Below, piece after piece: positions 10,481 to 21,546 of a stretch of DNA of 64,000 nucleotides. The position numbers and the translations under genes were made by a program. Position 1 is the first letter of the stretch; every line of letters starts with the position of its first letter. Below the pieces are notes generated by a model that saw nothing but the letters and a program-made list of their open reading frames with translations, did not search any database and had not been told where the DNA came from. This DNA comes from an uncultured Phycisphaerales bacterium. GTDB lineage: Bacteria > Planctomycetota > Phycisphaerae > Tepidisphaerales > Tepidisphaeraceae. The stretch covers positions 4,944,363 to 5,008,362 of the forward strand of contig CAVWLP010000002.1 in NCBI GenBank assembly GCA_963755915.1, in the 5' to 3' direction.

Positions 10481-10499
10481 TACTTTATATCATAAAGTC
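10481..10499. promoter_or_regulatory. palindromic operator ACTTTAT-N3-ATAAAGT
   Basis: TACTTTATATCATAAAGTC in the divergent intergenic region; first 10 nt identical to the 9402 site. Confidence 0.7.
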
Positions 10500-10577
10500 A
10501 TAGGGTCTCATGTCAAGGGGCGGCACCGGGCGACGACCTGATGATCGCAATCGCTCTTCTGATATCATCTTGCGCAT

Positions 10578-11717
10578 ATGTCCATCTCCCGCGACACGTT
10601 TGAACGGTATCGACAGAAGGGGCTCGATGCCCGGCGAGCCGGGCAGTGGGATTCGGCGCGGATTTATCTTTTGGAAGCGGCGCGGGCGATGGTGGCGCTG
10701 AGCAAGGAGGCGCAGGGGGAGGAATTGAAAAATGCCCGGCGGGAGACGGCGACGCGACTGCTGGAACTGGCCAAGGATTGCGAGAAGGCGAAAAACGAAA
10801 ATCGCAGGCAGCCGGCGGCGGGCGGCTCGCCACGGGAATCGGCGGGGGAAAGCGAGGGGACGACATCGGCCAGTCAGTGGCTGGTGAAGGAGCGGCCGAG
10901 TATCCGCTTTGCGGACGTCGCGGGGCTGGAGGATGTGAAAGAGGACATCCGGCTGAAGATGATTTATCCGTTTGAACACCCGGACCTGGCGGCGAAATTC
11001 GGGATTCGGCCGGGGGGCGGCGTGCTGCTTTATGGGCCGCCGGGGACGGGGAAGACGATGCTGGCCAAGGCGACGGCCGGGGAGATCGACGCGGCGTTTT
11101 TCCGGATTTCGCCGGCAGATGTTTTGAGTAAGTGGGTTGGGGAAGCGGAGCAGAACATCAAGAAGCTTTTCGACGCGGCGGCGGCGGAGCCGCGGAGTAT
11201 TATCTTTATCGATGAAATCGAATCACTGGTGCCGGCACGGAGGGACGAGGGGTCGAGCGTGATGCAGCGGGTGGTGCCGCAGATTTTGGAGGGAATGGAA
11301 GGGTTCGATAAGAAATCGGGGCAGCCGATTCTTTTTATGGGGGCAACGAACGTGCCGTGGCAGCTCGATCCGGCGGTGCTGCGGCCCGGGCGGTTTGATG
11401 AGAAGGTGTTTATTCCGCTGCCGGATCTGGAAGCGCGGCGGAAAATGCTGGACATGTATTTGGGCCATCGGCCGCTGGCGGGCGATTTGGTGCTAGATCG
11501 GCTTGCCGTCGCGCTGGATGGCTTTAGCGGGGCGGATATCAGATATATCTGTGATCGCGCGGCGACGGTGCCGTTTCTTCAGAGCGTTGCAACCGGGGAA
11601 GAGGGGCAGATCACTTTGGCGATTTTTGAGGATGCGATGCACGATACGCCTAAGTCGGTGACGGGGGAGATGCTTTCGCGGTTTACGAAATGGGGCGGAG
11701 ACGCGGCGAGGGAGTGA
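10578..11717 (+). CDS. single-ring AAA ATPase with N-terminal MIT-like three-helix domain (Vps4/CdvC-like architecture)
   Basis: Walker A GPPGTGKT, pore loop SKWVGE, Walker B IIFIDE, SRH ATNVPWQLDPAVLRPGRFD; about 75-aa helical N-domain and a flexible linker. Confidence 0.8.
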   Translation: MSISRDTFERYRQKGLDARRAGQWDSARIYLLEAARAMVALSKEAQGEELKNARRETATRLLELAKDCEKAKNENRRQPAAGGSPRESAGESEGTTSASQWLVKERPSIRFADVAGLEDVKEDIRLKMIYPFEHPDLAAKFGIRPGGGVLLYGPPGTGKTMLAKATAGEIDAAFFRISPADVLSKWVGEAEQNIKKLFDAAAAEPRSIIFIDEIESLVPARRDEGSSVMQRVVPQILEGMEGFDKKSGQPILFMGATNVPWQLDPAVLRPGRFDEKVFIPLPDLEARRKMLDMYLGHRPLAGDLVLDRLAVALDGFSGADIRYICDRAATVPFLQSVATGEEGQITLAIFEDAMHDTPKSVTGEMLSRFTKWGGDAARE

Positions 11718-11775
11718 TTTTCAGTTCGAGCGACGGGCAGCGAGGAAACCAATCTGATAAAGTAAAAAGATCAAC

Positions 11776-13685
11776 ATGCCCGACCTCCGCGAACAATTAC
11801 AGAATCACTTCGGCCTGGACGAATTTCGTCCGTCTCAGCGCGAAGTGATCGAAGATGTTCTGGCCGGGCGGGACGTGCTTTGCGTGATGCCAACCGGGGC
11901 GGGGAAAAGTCTGTGCTTTCAGCTTCCCGCGGCTGTGAATGGCGGGCTGACGATGGTCGTCTCGCCGCTGATTTCGCTGATGGAGGATCAGGTACAGCAG
12001 CTTCGCGATGAGGGAATTGCCGCGGCGCTTTTGAATAGCTCGCTGACCCCGGCGATGCAGCGGCAGGTGATGGCCGAGCTTGAAGAGGGTTTTTCGGGGT
12101 TACTTTACGTTGCGCCGGAGCGGCTCTTCGCCGGCAATTTTCAGGCCCTGATGCAAAAGCTGCGGCCCAGGCTTTTGGCGGTGGATGAGGCGCACTGCAT
12201 CAGCCAGTGGGGGCACGATTTTCGGCCGGAGTATTCGCGGATTGGGGAGGCGCGGAAGAAACTGGGCGATCCGCCAACGATTGCGCTGACGGCGACCGCA
12301 ACGGAGGACGTGCGGGCGGACATCGTTGCGCAGCTTGGGTTGCGGGAGCCGCGCGTGGTGGTGACGGGGTTTGATCGGCCGGGGCTGCGATATGGCTCCA
12401 AGCGAATCAACAGAGAGGATGATAAGGACGCGATCCTGGTTGATCTGCTTCGCGAAGAGCCGGGGAGCGCGATCGTTTATTGCGCAACGCGAAAAGTCGT
12501 GGACGAACTCGCCGGGATTTTGCAGCGACATCTGGGCGGTCGGGTTGTCGTCCGTTATCACGGCGGGATGGACCCTGCCTCGCGCACGGCGAGCCAGGAG
12601 AAGTTCATGGAATCGGCCGGGGCGATCGCGATTGCGACCAATGCGTTTGGGATGGGGATCAACAAGCCGGATATCCGCCTCGTCATCCACTACAACATTC
12701 CGGGGACGCTGGAGGCGTATTACCAGGAGGCGGGCCGGGCGGGTCGCGACGGGAGGCCGGCGCGGTGCGTCATTCTTTTCAGTTACCAGGACCGGTTCGT
12801 CCAGGAATTCTTTATCGACAAGCTGGGGGAGGACAACCCGCAGGCCGATCCGCAAATCATTGCCAGGCGGCAGCAGCATGCAAGGGAAAAGCTGGAGCTG
12901 ATGATCCAGTACGCCCGCACGCACCTGTGCCGGCGGAAGATGATCCTCGATTATTTCGGCGACACCGCGGAGGTGAACGATTGCCACTGCGACGTGTGCG
13001 GCAGGGGCGACAAATCATCCAAGATCCCGGAAGCGCCGGTCATCATGGCGGATGAAGTCGTGACGATCGTCCGGCAGATTCTCTCGGCGATCGTGCGCTG
13101 CCGGGGAAAGTTTGGCGTGGGTGCGGTCGCGGAAATGCTTACCGGATCCGAAAGCGACCGGATGCAGAAATGGGGCCTCGACCAGCTTTCCACGTTCGGG
13201 CTGCTGAAGATTTATTCCGTGAAGCGAGTCGTCGCGATGATTCACCGGATTCTCGAATCGGGGTTGGCCCGGCAGAAAGATCCGGACGGCGTGAAGTTTC
13301 GGCCCGTGGTAGAAATTACGGCGGCGGGCATTTCAGTCATGCGCGGCGAGCAGCAGCCGCCCAATTCGCTGGCGGATATTTTGCCCCGGCGGGCCGAGCG
13401 ATCGGCGCCGCCGCGGGAGCGAGCTGCGGCGAGCGATCGATCGTATGAGAACGAGCACATGACGCAGGAGATGCAGGTTCGTTTCGAGGCGCTGCGTGAG
13501 CTTCGGGCGCGGATCGTGCGCGAACGCGGCATGCCGGCCTTTGTCATCTGCCATGATTCGACGCTTCAGCAGCTTGCGCGCAAGCGCCCGGCAGCGAGAC
13601 CGAGCTCGCGGGAGTGAAGGGAATGGGGCCGTACAAAATCAAAATGTATGGGGCGGCATTTCTGGAGGTCCTCAGAAGCGAGTGA
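11776..13685 (+). CDS. recQ: ATP-dependent DNA helicase RecQ (frameshift in the HRDC domain near 13600)
   Basis: MPTGAGKS, DEAHCISQWGHDFRP, QEAGRAGRDG, zinc-binding Cys cluster, RQC and HRDC; the tail continues GMGPYKIKMYG in another frame. Confidence 0.93.
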
Positions 13686-14970
13686 CCGCGAAAAAGACAA
13701 AGGAAAGCAGTTCATTCACGAGCCATCTGACGCTGGCGCTGTGTACGATTCTGCACGGCTTTACGCACGCGTATGGCTCGATGCTGGTGCCGCTTTATTA
13801 TCGGATTGCCGACGATTTGAAATTGCCGGGTGTGGGCCGGGCGACCCTGATCGTTACGATCTACGGCGCGGTCTACAACCTGGGAAGCTACGCGGCCGGC
13901 CTGGCGGCGGATCGATTCAGCCGAAAAAAGCTGCTGGCGATTGGATTGCTTGGCAATGCGCTGGCGATTGGGGGAATGGGATTGTGCCGGGATTATTGGG
14001 GGATTCTGGCACTGGGGGTGGCGGCGGGAATCTTCGGGACGATTTTTCATCCTTCGGCGAACGCGCTGGCGAGCAGCCATTATCCGAAATCGCCGGGGAT
14101 GGCGATTGGAATTCTGGGGATCGGCTCGGGGCTGGGATTTTTCTTTGGTCCGCAGATCGCGGGGTGGCGGGCCGCGTCGGCGAGCTGGCATCTGTGGAAT
14201 GTTGCGCAGTGGCAGAAGCCGTGCGTTGAGATGGCGATTGCGGGGCTAATTGTGGGGATTGTCTTCATCTTGTTTGGGGCGGACGCACAGAGCCCCCACC
14301 CCAACCCTCCCCCGGAGTACCAGGGGAGGGGAAGTAAGGGGCTGGGCCGGGGAGTCGTTCGCATGGCGCTCGTGCTGATGTTCCGCGATTTCGCGGGCGT
14401 CGCGGGCCTTTCGCTTGCCGCGATTTATGTCCGCAACGTATTTCACCTCAACGTGAGCCAGGCGGGGTTGTTCGTGGGGGTGATGATGCTGCCGAGCGTG
14501 ATCTTCAATCCGCTGTCGGTTTATCTGACGCCGGGGCGCCGGCGTTTGCCGGGATTGAACGTGATCCTGATCGTCGGTGGATTGGCGGCGGCGACAACGC
14601 CACTCTGGCCGCTGGCGGGAGCGCTGGTGATTCTGTGCGTTTTTCAAACGCTTCAGCTTGCCAGCTACGCGGTGAGCGACGGCGCCACGTTTGAGCGGGT
14701 CGCACCCGAATTTCGCGGGCGGGTTTCGGGGCTTTTTCTGCAGATCGCCGGCACGTTCGTGCGCTGGGGCCATGGGTGATGGGGGCGTGGACGGACCGGC
14801 TGCCGGCGCCGCATATGCAGTCGAGCTATTTTGCGCTGTATGCGGTGATCGGCGCATCGATGATCGTGGCGGCGGCCGCGCCGAGGTTGATTGGGCGGCT
14901 TGGGCCGGTGGTTGCGCGGGTTGACCCGATGCGCGAAATTTCGCCGGAGACGATGGGGGCGGTTCCTTGA
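13682..14970 (+). CDS. MFS transporter (frameshift near 14760)
   Basis: Motif A 'GLAADRFSRKK', 'IFHPSA'; about 12 hydrophobic segments. Confidence 0.85.
14292..14331 (+). repeat. 40-bp REP-like palindromic repeat, copy 1 (inside the MFS gene)
   Basis: GCCCCCACCCCAACCCTCCCCCGGAGTACCAGGGGAGGGG, identical to 25570-25609. Confidence 0.85.
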
Positions 14971-15612
14971 TCAGGATCTTTGCGAGACGATGAGCTGGCC
15001 GTCGTCCTTCAGCCAGGCGTCGCAGGTATGGCGGGTACCGTCGATGTCATAATCGAAAGTGAAGTGGGAGGGGTCGGCGATGTCGGGTTGGGCGGCAAAG
15101 AATTTCCAGTGCCGCTTGCTGATGAAGGGGCTCTCCAGGCCGGCAAAGGTCGCCTCATCGGCTTTCAGTAATTGCGGGCTTACCGCGGCGGACCACTCGC
15201 GATACTCGAGCCGGAGCATGTTGGTGTCATAGGCGAGCTGGGAGAAGCTGGAGATGGAAAGAAGCACCAGCCGGCGCTCTCCGGAAGGCGTTTGCATTTC
15301 GTGCAGGAAGACGGTGCCGTCGTCGGCGGTTCGATCGTCGAGGTATCGCTGCATCGAGTTCAGCGGCGGGCAAAACTCGGAATATAGAATATTGCAGTTG
15401 CTGGTTTCCAGAACCAGATGAGCGGGTGATTGCCGGTAGATCATGCAGCGATGCTGCCAGTAGAGAAAATTGCCCCATCGCCAGAGGCCTGGTCCCCAGA
15501 AGACCAGGACGGCCAGCATCGCGCCGACAAAAATGGCGCGATAGAGCCACAACATGATCCGGCTCGTCGGAGGCGGCTTACGCGCGTAATTGAGGGGATT
15601 GACCGCATCCAT
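14971..15612 (-). CDS. single-pass membrane hypothetical protein, paralog of 21547-22371
   Basis: PLNY, TM segment, YWQHRC, FLHEMQ, FFAAQ...SHFTFDYDIDG. Confidence 0.7.
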   Translation of the reverse strand: MDAVNPLNYARKPPPTSRIMLWLYRAIFVGAMLAVLVFWGPGLWRWGNFLYWQHRCMIYRQSPAHLVLETSNCNILYSEFCPPLNSMQRYLDDRTADDGTVFLHEMQTPSGERRLVLLSISSFSQLAYDTNMLRLEYREWSAAVSPQLLKADEATFAGLESPFISKRHWKFFAAQPDIADPSHFTFDYDIDGTRHTCDAWLKDDGQLIVSQRS

Positions 15613-15677
15613 TCGGTTCGAGCGGGCATCATATTGATTTATCGGCGAGGCGCGAAGGGGCGCGAAGGGGCGGCGCT

Positions 15678-16497
15678 TCATTGCTCAAACGCGGCGGGCA
15701 CGAAAATCGGACGGCCATCCGGATGATTCAGGAATCGGTTCATGAGCTGCCCGCGCGATTCGATCTTCAGGCGGGCGTACAAATCCTTGATGTAGGTCGC
15801 CACCGTCTGGGCGGAAAGCCCCATTTCCGTGGCTACTTCCTTGGACGTTTTGCCCTGGAGAAGCGACCGCAGCGTGAGCCGCAGGCGATGCGGCAGGGAA
15901 AGATATGCCGGGTCGGTGGAAGCGCTGATCGGCCAGAGCCGGCGCAGCAGTTCGACGTGAAACAGGCGGGCGATCCGCTGCTCGCGAACGGTAAACGGTT
16001 TGTCTCCCCAGGGGCGATAGATCGCAGAGCCCAAAATCACGTCCGGCCGGGAAGTCGCGGGTGGAGGCCATCAGGTAATCATCCACGCCTGCCGGGCGGC
16101 GCGATTCCATAACGACCGGCGAGGAGTACCAGCGCTTCGAGTCGACCATTTCCACCCGCGGCCTGAGGAGGAACGAGCGATTCGTATGCAGATTCAGCAG
16201 GGCCTCCGTCGCGGGGTCCTCGCCGAGCTCGGAGGAATCCAAATACCTGGCCCAGAGGCGATACTCGTGATCGGTGGTGAATCCGAAAGTCATCGGCTCC
16301 ATCGGAATTGGCGTCTGGCCGGGCAGCGCGTTTCGCATCCCCATGGAGATGCCGAGGCGCGTGCCGGTGAGCCGGCACAGGCCTTGGAGCATGTGCAGCC
16401 GCCAGGCATTTGGCTCGATTCCGCGCTCGCTGATTTCGGCGAGGAGGTGATAGACCCCGCGGATTTCGCGGAGCCGAAGTGCCTGTGAATGACCCAT
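15678..16497 (-). CDS. LuxR-family transcriptional regulator (frameshift near 16040)
   Basis: C-terminal HTH 'LLQGKTSKEVATEMGLSAQTVATYIKDLYARL'; N-terminal sensor domain. Confidence 0.85.
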
Positions 16498-16605
16498 GCA
16501 AGATCGCCTGTGTTGAGTCCGCAAACGGCGTCGGTTTACTGAATCCGGCCGCTTTCGTTGAGATACCCCAATTTTGGGACATTGCAAGGGAAAAATGGGT
16601 GGGTT

Positions 16606-16896
16606 TCAGATGACCTGCAAAAGCTGGAGCTGCGAGATGGTCCTGGGATCGAAGTCGATTCGCTGCTCGAACGTTCCGGCCAGTCCCTCGCGGTTCAGGG
16701 CGATAATCCAGCCTTCCTCGACGATCAACTCTTCGATCACACGTCCGTCGGCAAGAGTTGCCTGGCAAATCGCGGTGTATTTTCGCTTGGGGGAGCCGTT
16801 TTCGACGAGATATTTTCGCCACTCTTCGGGCAGGACTTTGGCGAGCCGATTGCGCGGTGGGGTGCGGGAGTGCATTTGCGTGGGGATGATACTCAA
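16606..16896 (-). CDS. hypothetical protein
   Basis: Compact protein-like ORF; no recognised domain; start uncertain. Confidence 0.55.
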   Translation of the reverse strand: MSIIPTQMHSRTPPRNRLAKVLPEEWRKYLVENGSPKRKYTAICQATLADGRVIEELIVEEGWIIALNREGLAGTFEQRIDFDPRTISQLQLLQVI

Positions 16897-16912
16897 ACTT
16901 CGAAATCAAAGC

Positions 16913-17028
16913 TTCACCGCAGAGCACGCAGAGAGCGCGGAGAAAATGCGGGACAGAGGCTTTGAATACAATTCAATTAGTTGGCTTTCTCAGCGCTCTC
17001 TGCGTGCTCTAGCGAAGCGGGCGGTGAA
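16913..17028. repeat. intergenic long inverted repeat (REP-like)
   Basis: TTCACCGCAGAGCACGCAGAGAGCGCGGAGAAA pairs with TTTCTCAGCGCTCTCTGCGTGCTCT[AGCGAAGCGG]GCGGTGAA. Confidence 0.8.
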
Positions 17029-17030
17029 TC

Positions 17031-18072
17031 TTAGGCGATCGCTTCGGCGCAATTGACCTCATCAGCGGCAGCGTCTGGCGGCCAGACGCCGGGAGCATCT
17101 TCGGCGTACCACCGATCGAGAACGGCCTGCCAATCGCGGAGACTCTGCACTCGGATAAATTCCTGTTTGACTTCGACGGCCTGCGGATGAAATCGGCTGT
17201 ACTTGATTCCCATTTTCCGCATCCGCCGGCCGGCAAGCGATTCGCCGTGAATCTGCTGGGCGATCTGGAAATGCTCGGCGAGGGCGCGGCGCTGCTGGGG
17301 GATGGCTGGAGGGGACAACTCGACTTCTGGGTTTTGCAGAAGCCGGCGGGCGTGATCGAAGATCCAGGGATTTCCGATTGCGCCGCGCGATCCAGACCGC
17401 ATCGACGCCGGTCTGATGATACATGCGAACGGCATCCTGGGCTGTGAAAATGTCGCCGCTGCCCAGAATCGTTCGATTTGGATATTGCTGCTTGAGACGC
17501 GTAAGAAATGGCCAGTGCGAAGAGCCGAGGTATTTCTGCTCGACGGTGCGGGCATGGACGCGCGCGGCGGAAAAACCGAGGGACCATGCGGTCTCCATAA
17601 TCCGAAAAAATCGCTCTTCCGACTCGGCCGAATCGTCGAAGCCCCGGCGCAGGCTCACCGTCAGCGGAATATCGGCAACCGTATCGCGAACGGCGCGCAT
17701 GATCGAAATGCCCCGCTCGACGTCGAGGAGCATGTGGCCGCCGCGCGCCTTGTTTTTGATCTTCTTGACGGGGCAGGCGAAGTTGAGATCGATGACGTCG
17801 TAGCCGGCGCCGGCGAGGATTCCGGCGGCTTGCGACATCGTGTCGGAATCGCTGCCGATGATCTGGCCGGCGACGGGGTGGTCTTCGTCGTTGATGTCGA
17901 TCGATTTTCGCAGCCCCTCGCCGCCGTTGCAGAGGGTGATATCGAGCAGCGCTTCGGTGACGGCGTAAGGGCAACCCCTGCGGCGGGCGACCACGCGCAT
18001 GGCGCGATCGCTATATCCCGCCAGGCCTGCCTGGCAAAATGGCGACGAGAGTTTTACCGTGCCGATCTGCAC
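17031..18072 (-). CDS. tRNA-dihydrouridine synthase (DusB-like), frameshift near 17385
   Basis: AGLAGYSD, IDLNFACPVKK, VHART, GSGDI; helical C-domain in the second frame. Confidence 0.9.
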
Positions 18073-18078
18073 AGAACC

Positions 18079-18591
18079 TCAAACGCTCACGCCGAATTCG
18101 TCGGAGCGGTTCGCCAGCTCATCGGCGATGAGCGACGCCTTTTCCATGTCGTCAACCGATCGCGGCTCTTTCATCGGCTGCTCGTGGTAGTAGGCGACCT
18201 TGCCGTCCTTTGCGACGATCACCGTCCCCCGCTTGGTGCAGTTGTAGGGCTCTTCACCGGCCCACATGCCGTAGGCCTTGGCCATTTTGCGAGTGGCGTC
18301 GGAAAGAAGGTCGTAGGGGATGCCGTATTGTTTGCGGAAAGCTGCGTGGCAGAAGGGGCTGTCGCAACTGACGCCGAAAACGACCGTTTCGTCATCCTTG
18401 GCGATTCTGCCCAGTTCCGGGCCGAAAGTGCAGTGCTCCTGCGTGCAGACGGGGCTGAAATCCATCGGATAGAAGAGCAGGATGACCTTCTTCTTGCCGC
18501 GATAATCGGAGAGCTTCACTTTTGTTTTATCCTGATTCATCAGCTCGAATTCTGGGGCAGTTTGGCCTGGTTTTAATGGCATGTTTTCCAT
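18079..18591 (-). CDS. peroxiredoxin (AhpC/TSA family)
   Basis: APEFEL, FYPMDFSPVCTQE, GVSCDS, LLSD. Confidence 0.9.
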   Translation of the reverse strand: MENMPLKPGQTAPEFELMNQDKTKVKLSDYRGKKKVILLFYPMDFSPVCTQEHCTFGPELGRIAKDDETVVFGVSCDSPFCHAAFRKQYGIPYDLLSDATRKMAKAYGMWAGEEPYNCTKRGTVIVAKDGKVAYYHEQPMKEPRSVDDMEKASLIADELANRSDEFGVSV

Positions 18592-18810
18592 GTTGAGACT
18601 CCTTTGCGGGCAATAGTAGGGTCTGGAGCCGGACATGTGAAGAATAAAGCACGAGTTTCAGGGATTCTTAAGGTTGGGACCCGGTTGGACAAAAATGGGA
18701 ATAGATTTCATATTTTCCTATTGAGATCGAATTACAAAAATGATAAATCTTCTACGCGGGGATATTTTGCTTGTCTGCGTGTCAGGCAAAACCCCTGGGG
18801 GTCCTCAAAA

Positions 18811-19634
18811 ATGCGACTAGGTTCGATGGTATCGCCAATTATTATTTGTAGCGGCGTTATCCGGTCTGGTTCTACGTGGTCATTTAATGTTTGCCGGCTG
18901 CTGGCGGGGATCCTGGCAAAGCAGCGTGGCCAGTCATTAGGAAGCGCGTATCTCGCCCAGGAAGCGTTCGAGCGCTTTCTGCTGGTCGATTCGCTGATGC
19001 GCGAGGGCCCGGTTGTGATCAAGAGTCACGAGCTCGGTCCCGAAGCGCTGATGCGCATCCGCAAGGGGGAGGCGAAATGCATTTGCACCATGCGCGATCC
19101 GCGCGATTGTGTCGCCTCGGACATGGTCTTCAACGCCCGCGGGTTCGACGCCTCGGTGAAACGGGTGATCCTCAGCTTCAGCTCACTGCAGAAGCACGCG
19201 CAGGATTTCGGGCGCACACTTTCGTGCGCTATGAAGACATGATCATGGACCGGCAATGGCAGATCCGGAAAATCGCCGCCTTTTTGAACATCCAGGTCGA
19301 TCGAAACCAGGTGGAGATGATCGACCGCGAAACCAACATCGACGCCTGCCGGAAAATCTGCGACGACCTGAAGCAGCATCCCGAGAAGGCGGATGGGATC
19401 GATTTCGACGGGCATCGCCGCGAGCGCGTGACCCTTCTGCACGACAACCACATCGGCAGCGGAATGGTCGGCCGATGGCGGAAGGATCTGACGGATTCGC
19501 AGGTGAAGGAAGTCAACCAGATCTTCGACCGCACGGTGGAGATTCTGGGCTACCCGAGCGTGGCCGGGGTCGACTCGGTGGTTCCAATGCATCCACCGGC
19601 GACGACCCCGATGAACCACAGCCGGCCGGCATAG
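18811..19634 (+). CDS. sulfotransferase-domain protein (frameshift near 19220)
   Basis: 5'PSB 'GVIRSGSTW', 'IKSH', 3'PB 'RDPRDCVAS', 'VRYED', 'GRWR'. Confidence 0.8.
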
Positions 19635-19985
19635 GGGGTTGGGCGGGATCTGAATTTCGAAAGAGACTGTCCATAGGCGCGAGCAATGGAATTCGATATG
19701 GCTCGCCGCATTGATAGCCGCGCGTTCATCTCCTGAGTTATTGACCTCAGCCCTTCCCGCCATGCATCTGAAAAATGTCACCTGACGATCCTGAGAGAGT
19801 TACACATCGTCATAAGGATGCAACCGCATATGAATAAATATTTTGCGCCTGGGGTAACAACACAACTGATTGATTGCATAGGTAAACGTGTTCCCTTCGT
19901 CACGGCGGGCCAATCCCGACAATAAGAACAAATAATTATACAGAAGCACTGCAAGATTACCGATTTATGAACGAACAGGGCATAA

Positions 19986-21471
19986 ATGAACAATAAGTTG
20001 CTAAGCGAGATTCTGGAGACGAGGGAACTGCCGAGTCTGCCGCGTGTGGCTGTGCGGGTTTTGGACCTCGCCAAAGAAAAAGACGTGAGTTTTGGACGTA
20101 TCGCGGACGCGATAGGTGACGACCCGGTCCTGGCGGCCAAAATCCTCAAGATGGTGAACAGCAGCTTCTACGGCATCTCCCAGCCGGTCAAGACCATCAA
20201 CCATGCCCTGGTGCTTCTGGGGCTTCAAACCATCAAAGCCGTCGCCGTAGGCTTTTCGCTCGTGCGCGGCGTCAACGCCAGGCGCAGCGAAACATTCGAT
20301 TATGTGCGCTTCTGGCGGCAGTCGCTCTATACGGCCGTCTTCGCCCGCGCCCTTGCCAAGCTGCAATCTTCTGAAGACTGCGAAGAGGCTTTCCTGGCCG
20401 GCCTGCTGTCGGACCTGGGGACTCTGACGATGCATCGAGCGCTAGGTAAAGAATACGACGCGGTTCTCGAGGCTTGCGGCGGAAGCCAGGAAAAGCTTCT
20501 GCGTCTTTCGCAGGAGAATTTTGACCTCGATCATGCGGTCGTTGGCGCCGCCCTGGCGGAGCGATGGAATCTGCCGCTGACGCTGGTGGCGCCGATCAGG
20601 AATCATCTAACCCCCGAAAATGGATCGGATGGCCGTGACCTGATTGAAGCCGTCCATTCAGCGCCTGTGCGCGCAGGTCTTCGCCGCCACCCAAAGCGGA
20701 TTTTTCGAGGTCGCGCGCAATCGCCTGGATACGGTTTTCGGCCTCTCCTGGACCCAAACCAACGACCTGTTTGCCGAGATTGACGCCAAAACCAGCGAAA
20801 TGGCGGGGCTACTGGAAATTGGGATGCATCCCGGCCGCAGCTATACGGAGGTTGAGGAAGAAGTGCGCGAGGCGCTGATACAGCTTACCCTGGTCGCCCA
20901 GCGCCAGGCGGAGGCGGTGCTGGTGCAGAACAAGCGATTGAACGCGCTGGCCAGAACCGATGGACTCACGGGCCTTTCAAACCGGCGGCATTTCACGGAG
21001 TTTTTGCTCGAGGCATTCACCGAGGCGGTCACGGAAAACAAACCGCTGAGCCTCATCATGCTCGATATCGACCGCTTTAAATCGGTGAACGACTCTTATG
21101 GCCACCAAGCCGGCGATGCAGTGCTGGAGAATGTCGCCGCGGTCGTCAAGTCTGCAACGGCCGAAGTTGGCCTTTGCGCACGATATGGCGGCGAAGAAAT
21201 GGCGATCATTTTGAAAGGGGTTTCGGCCGGGGACGCGATGGAATTCGCGGAACAAATCCGCGCCGCCGTCGCGGACATTAAAACCTCCATTGATTCCCTG
21301 ACGATCCCGGTAACAGCCAGCCTCGGCGTGGCCACGATGGATCAGGCCTCAGGGTTCACTTCCCCCGATGAAATCATCGGAGCAGCCGATCGAGCGCTCT
21401 ATACCGCGAAAGAGGGCGGGAGGAATTGCGTGCGGATGATCGGGAATTGCTCGCAGAGAGATGCGGCTTAG
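19986..21471 (+). CDS. HDOD + GGDEF diguanylate cyclase (frameshift near 20660)
   Basis: LPSLP...DPVLAAKILKMVNSSFY (HDOD); DGLTGLSNRR, DIDRFKSVNDSYGH, RYGGEE. Confidence 0.9.
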
Positions 21472-21546
21472 CTATGACCGAACCGCCGCTGGTCTCCAAC
21501 TGCCGTCAAGCACGCCAGTTCGTCGCTTAAGGGACCAGACGCACAC

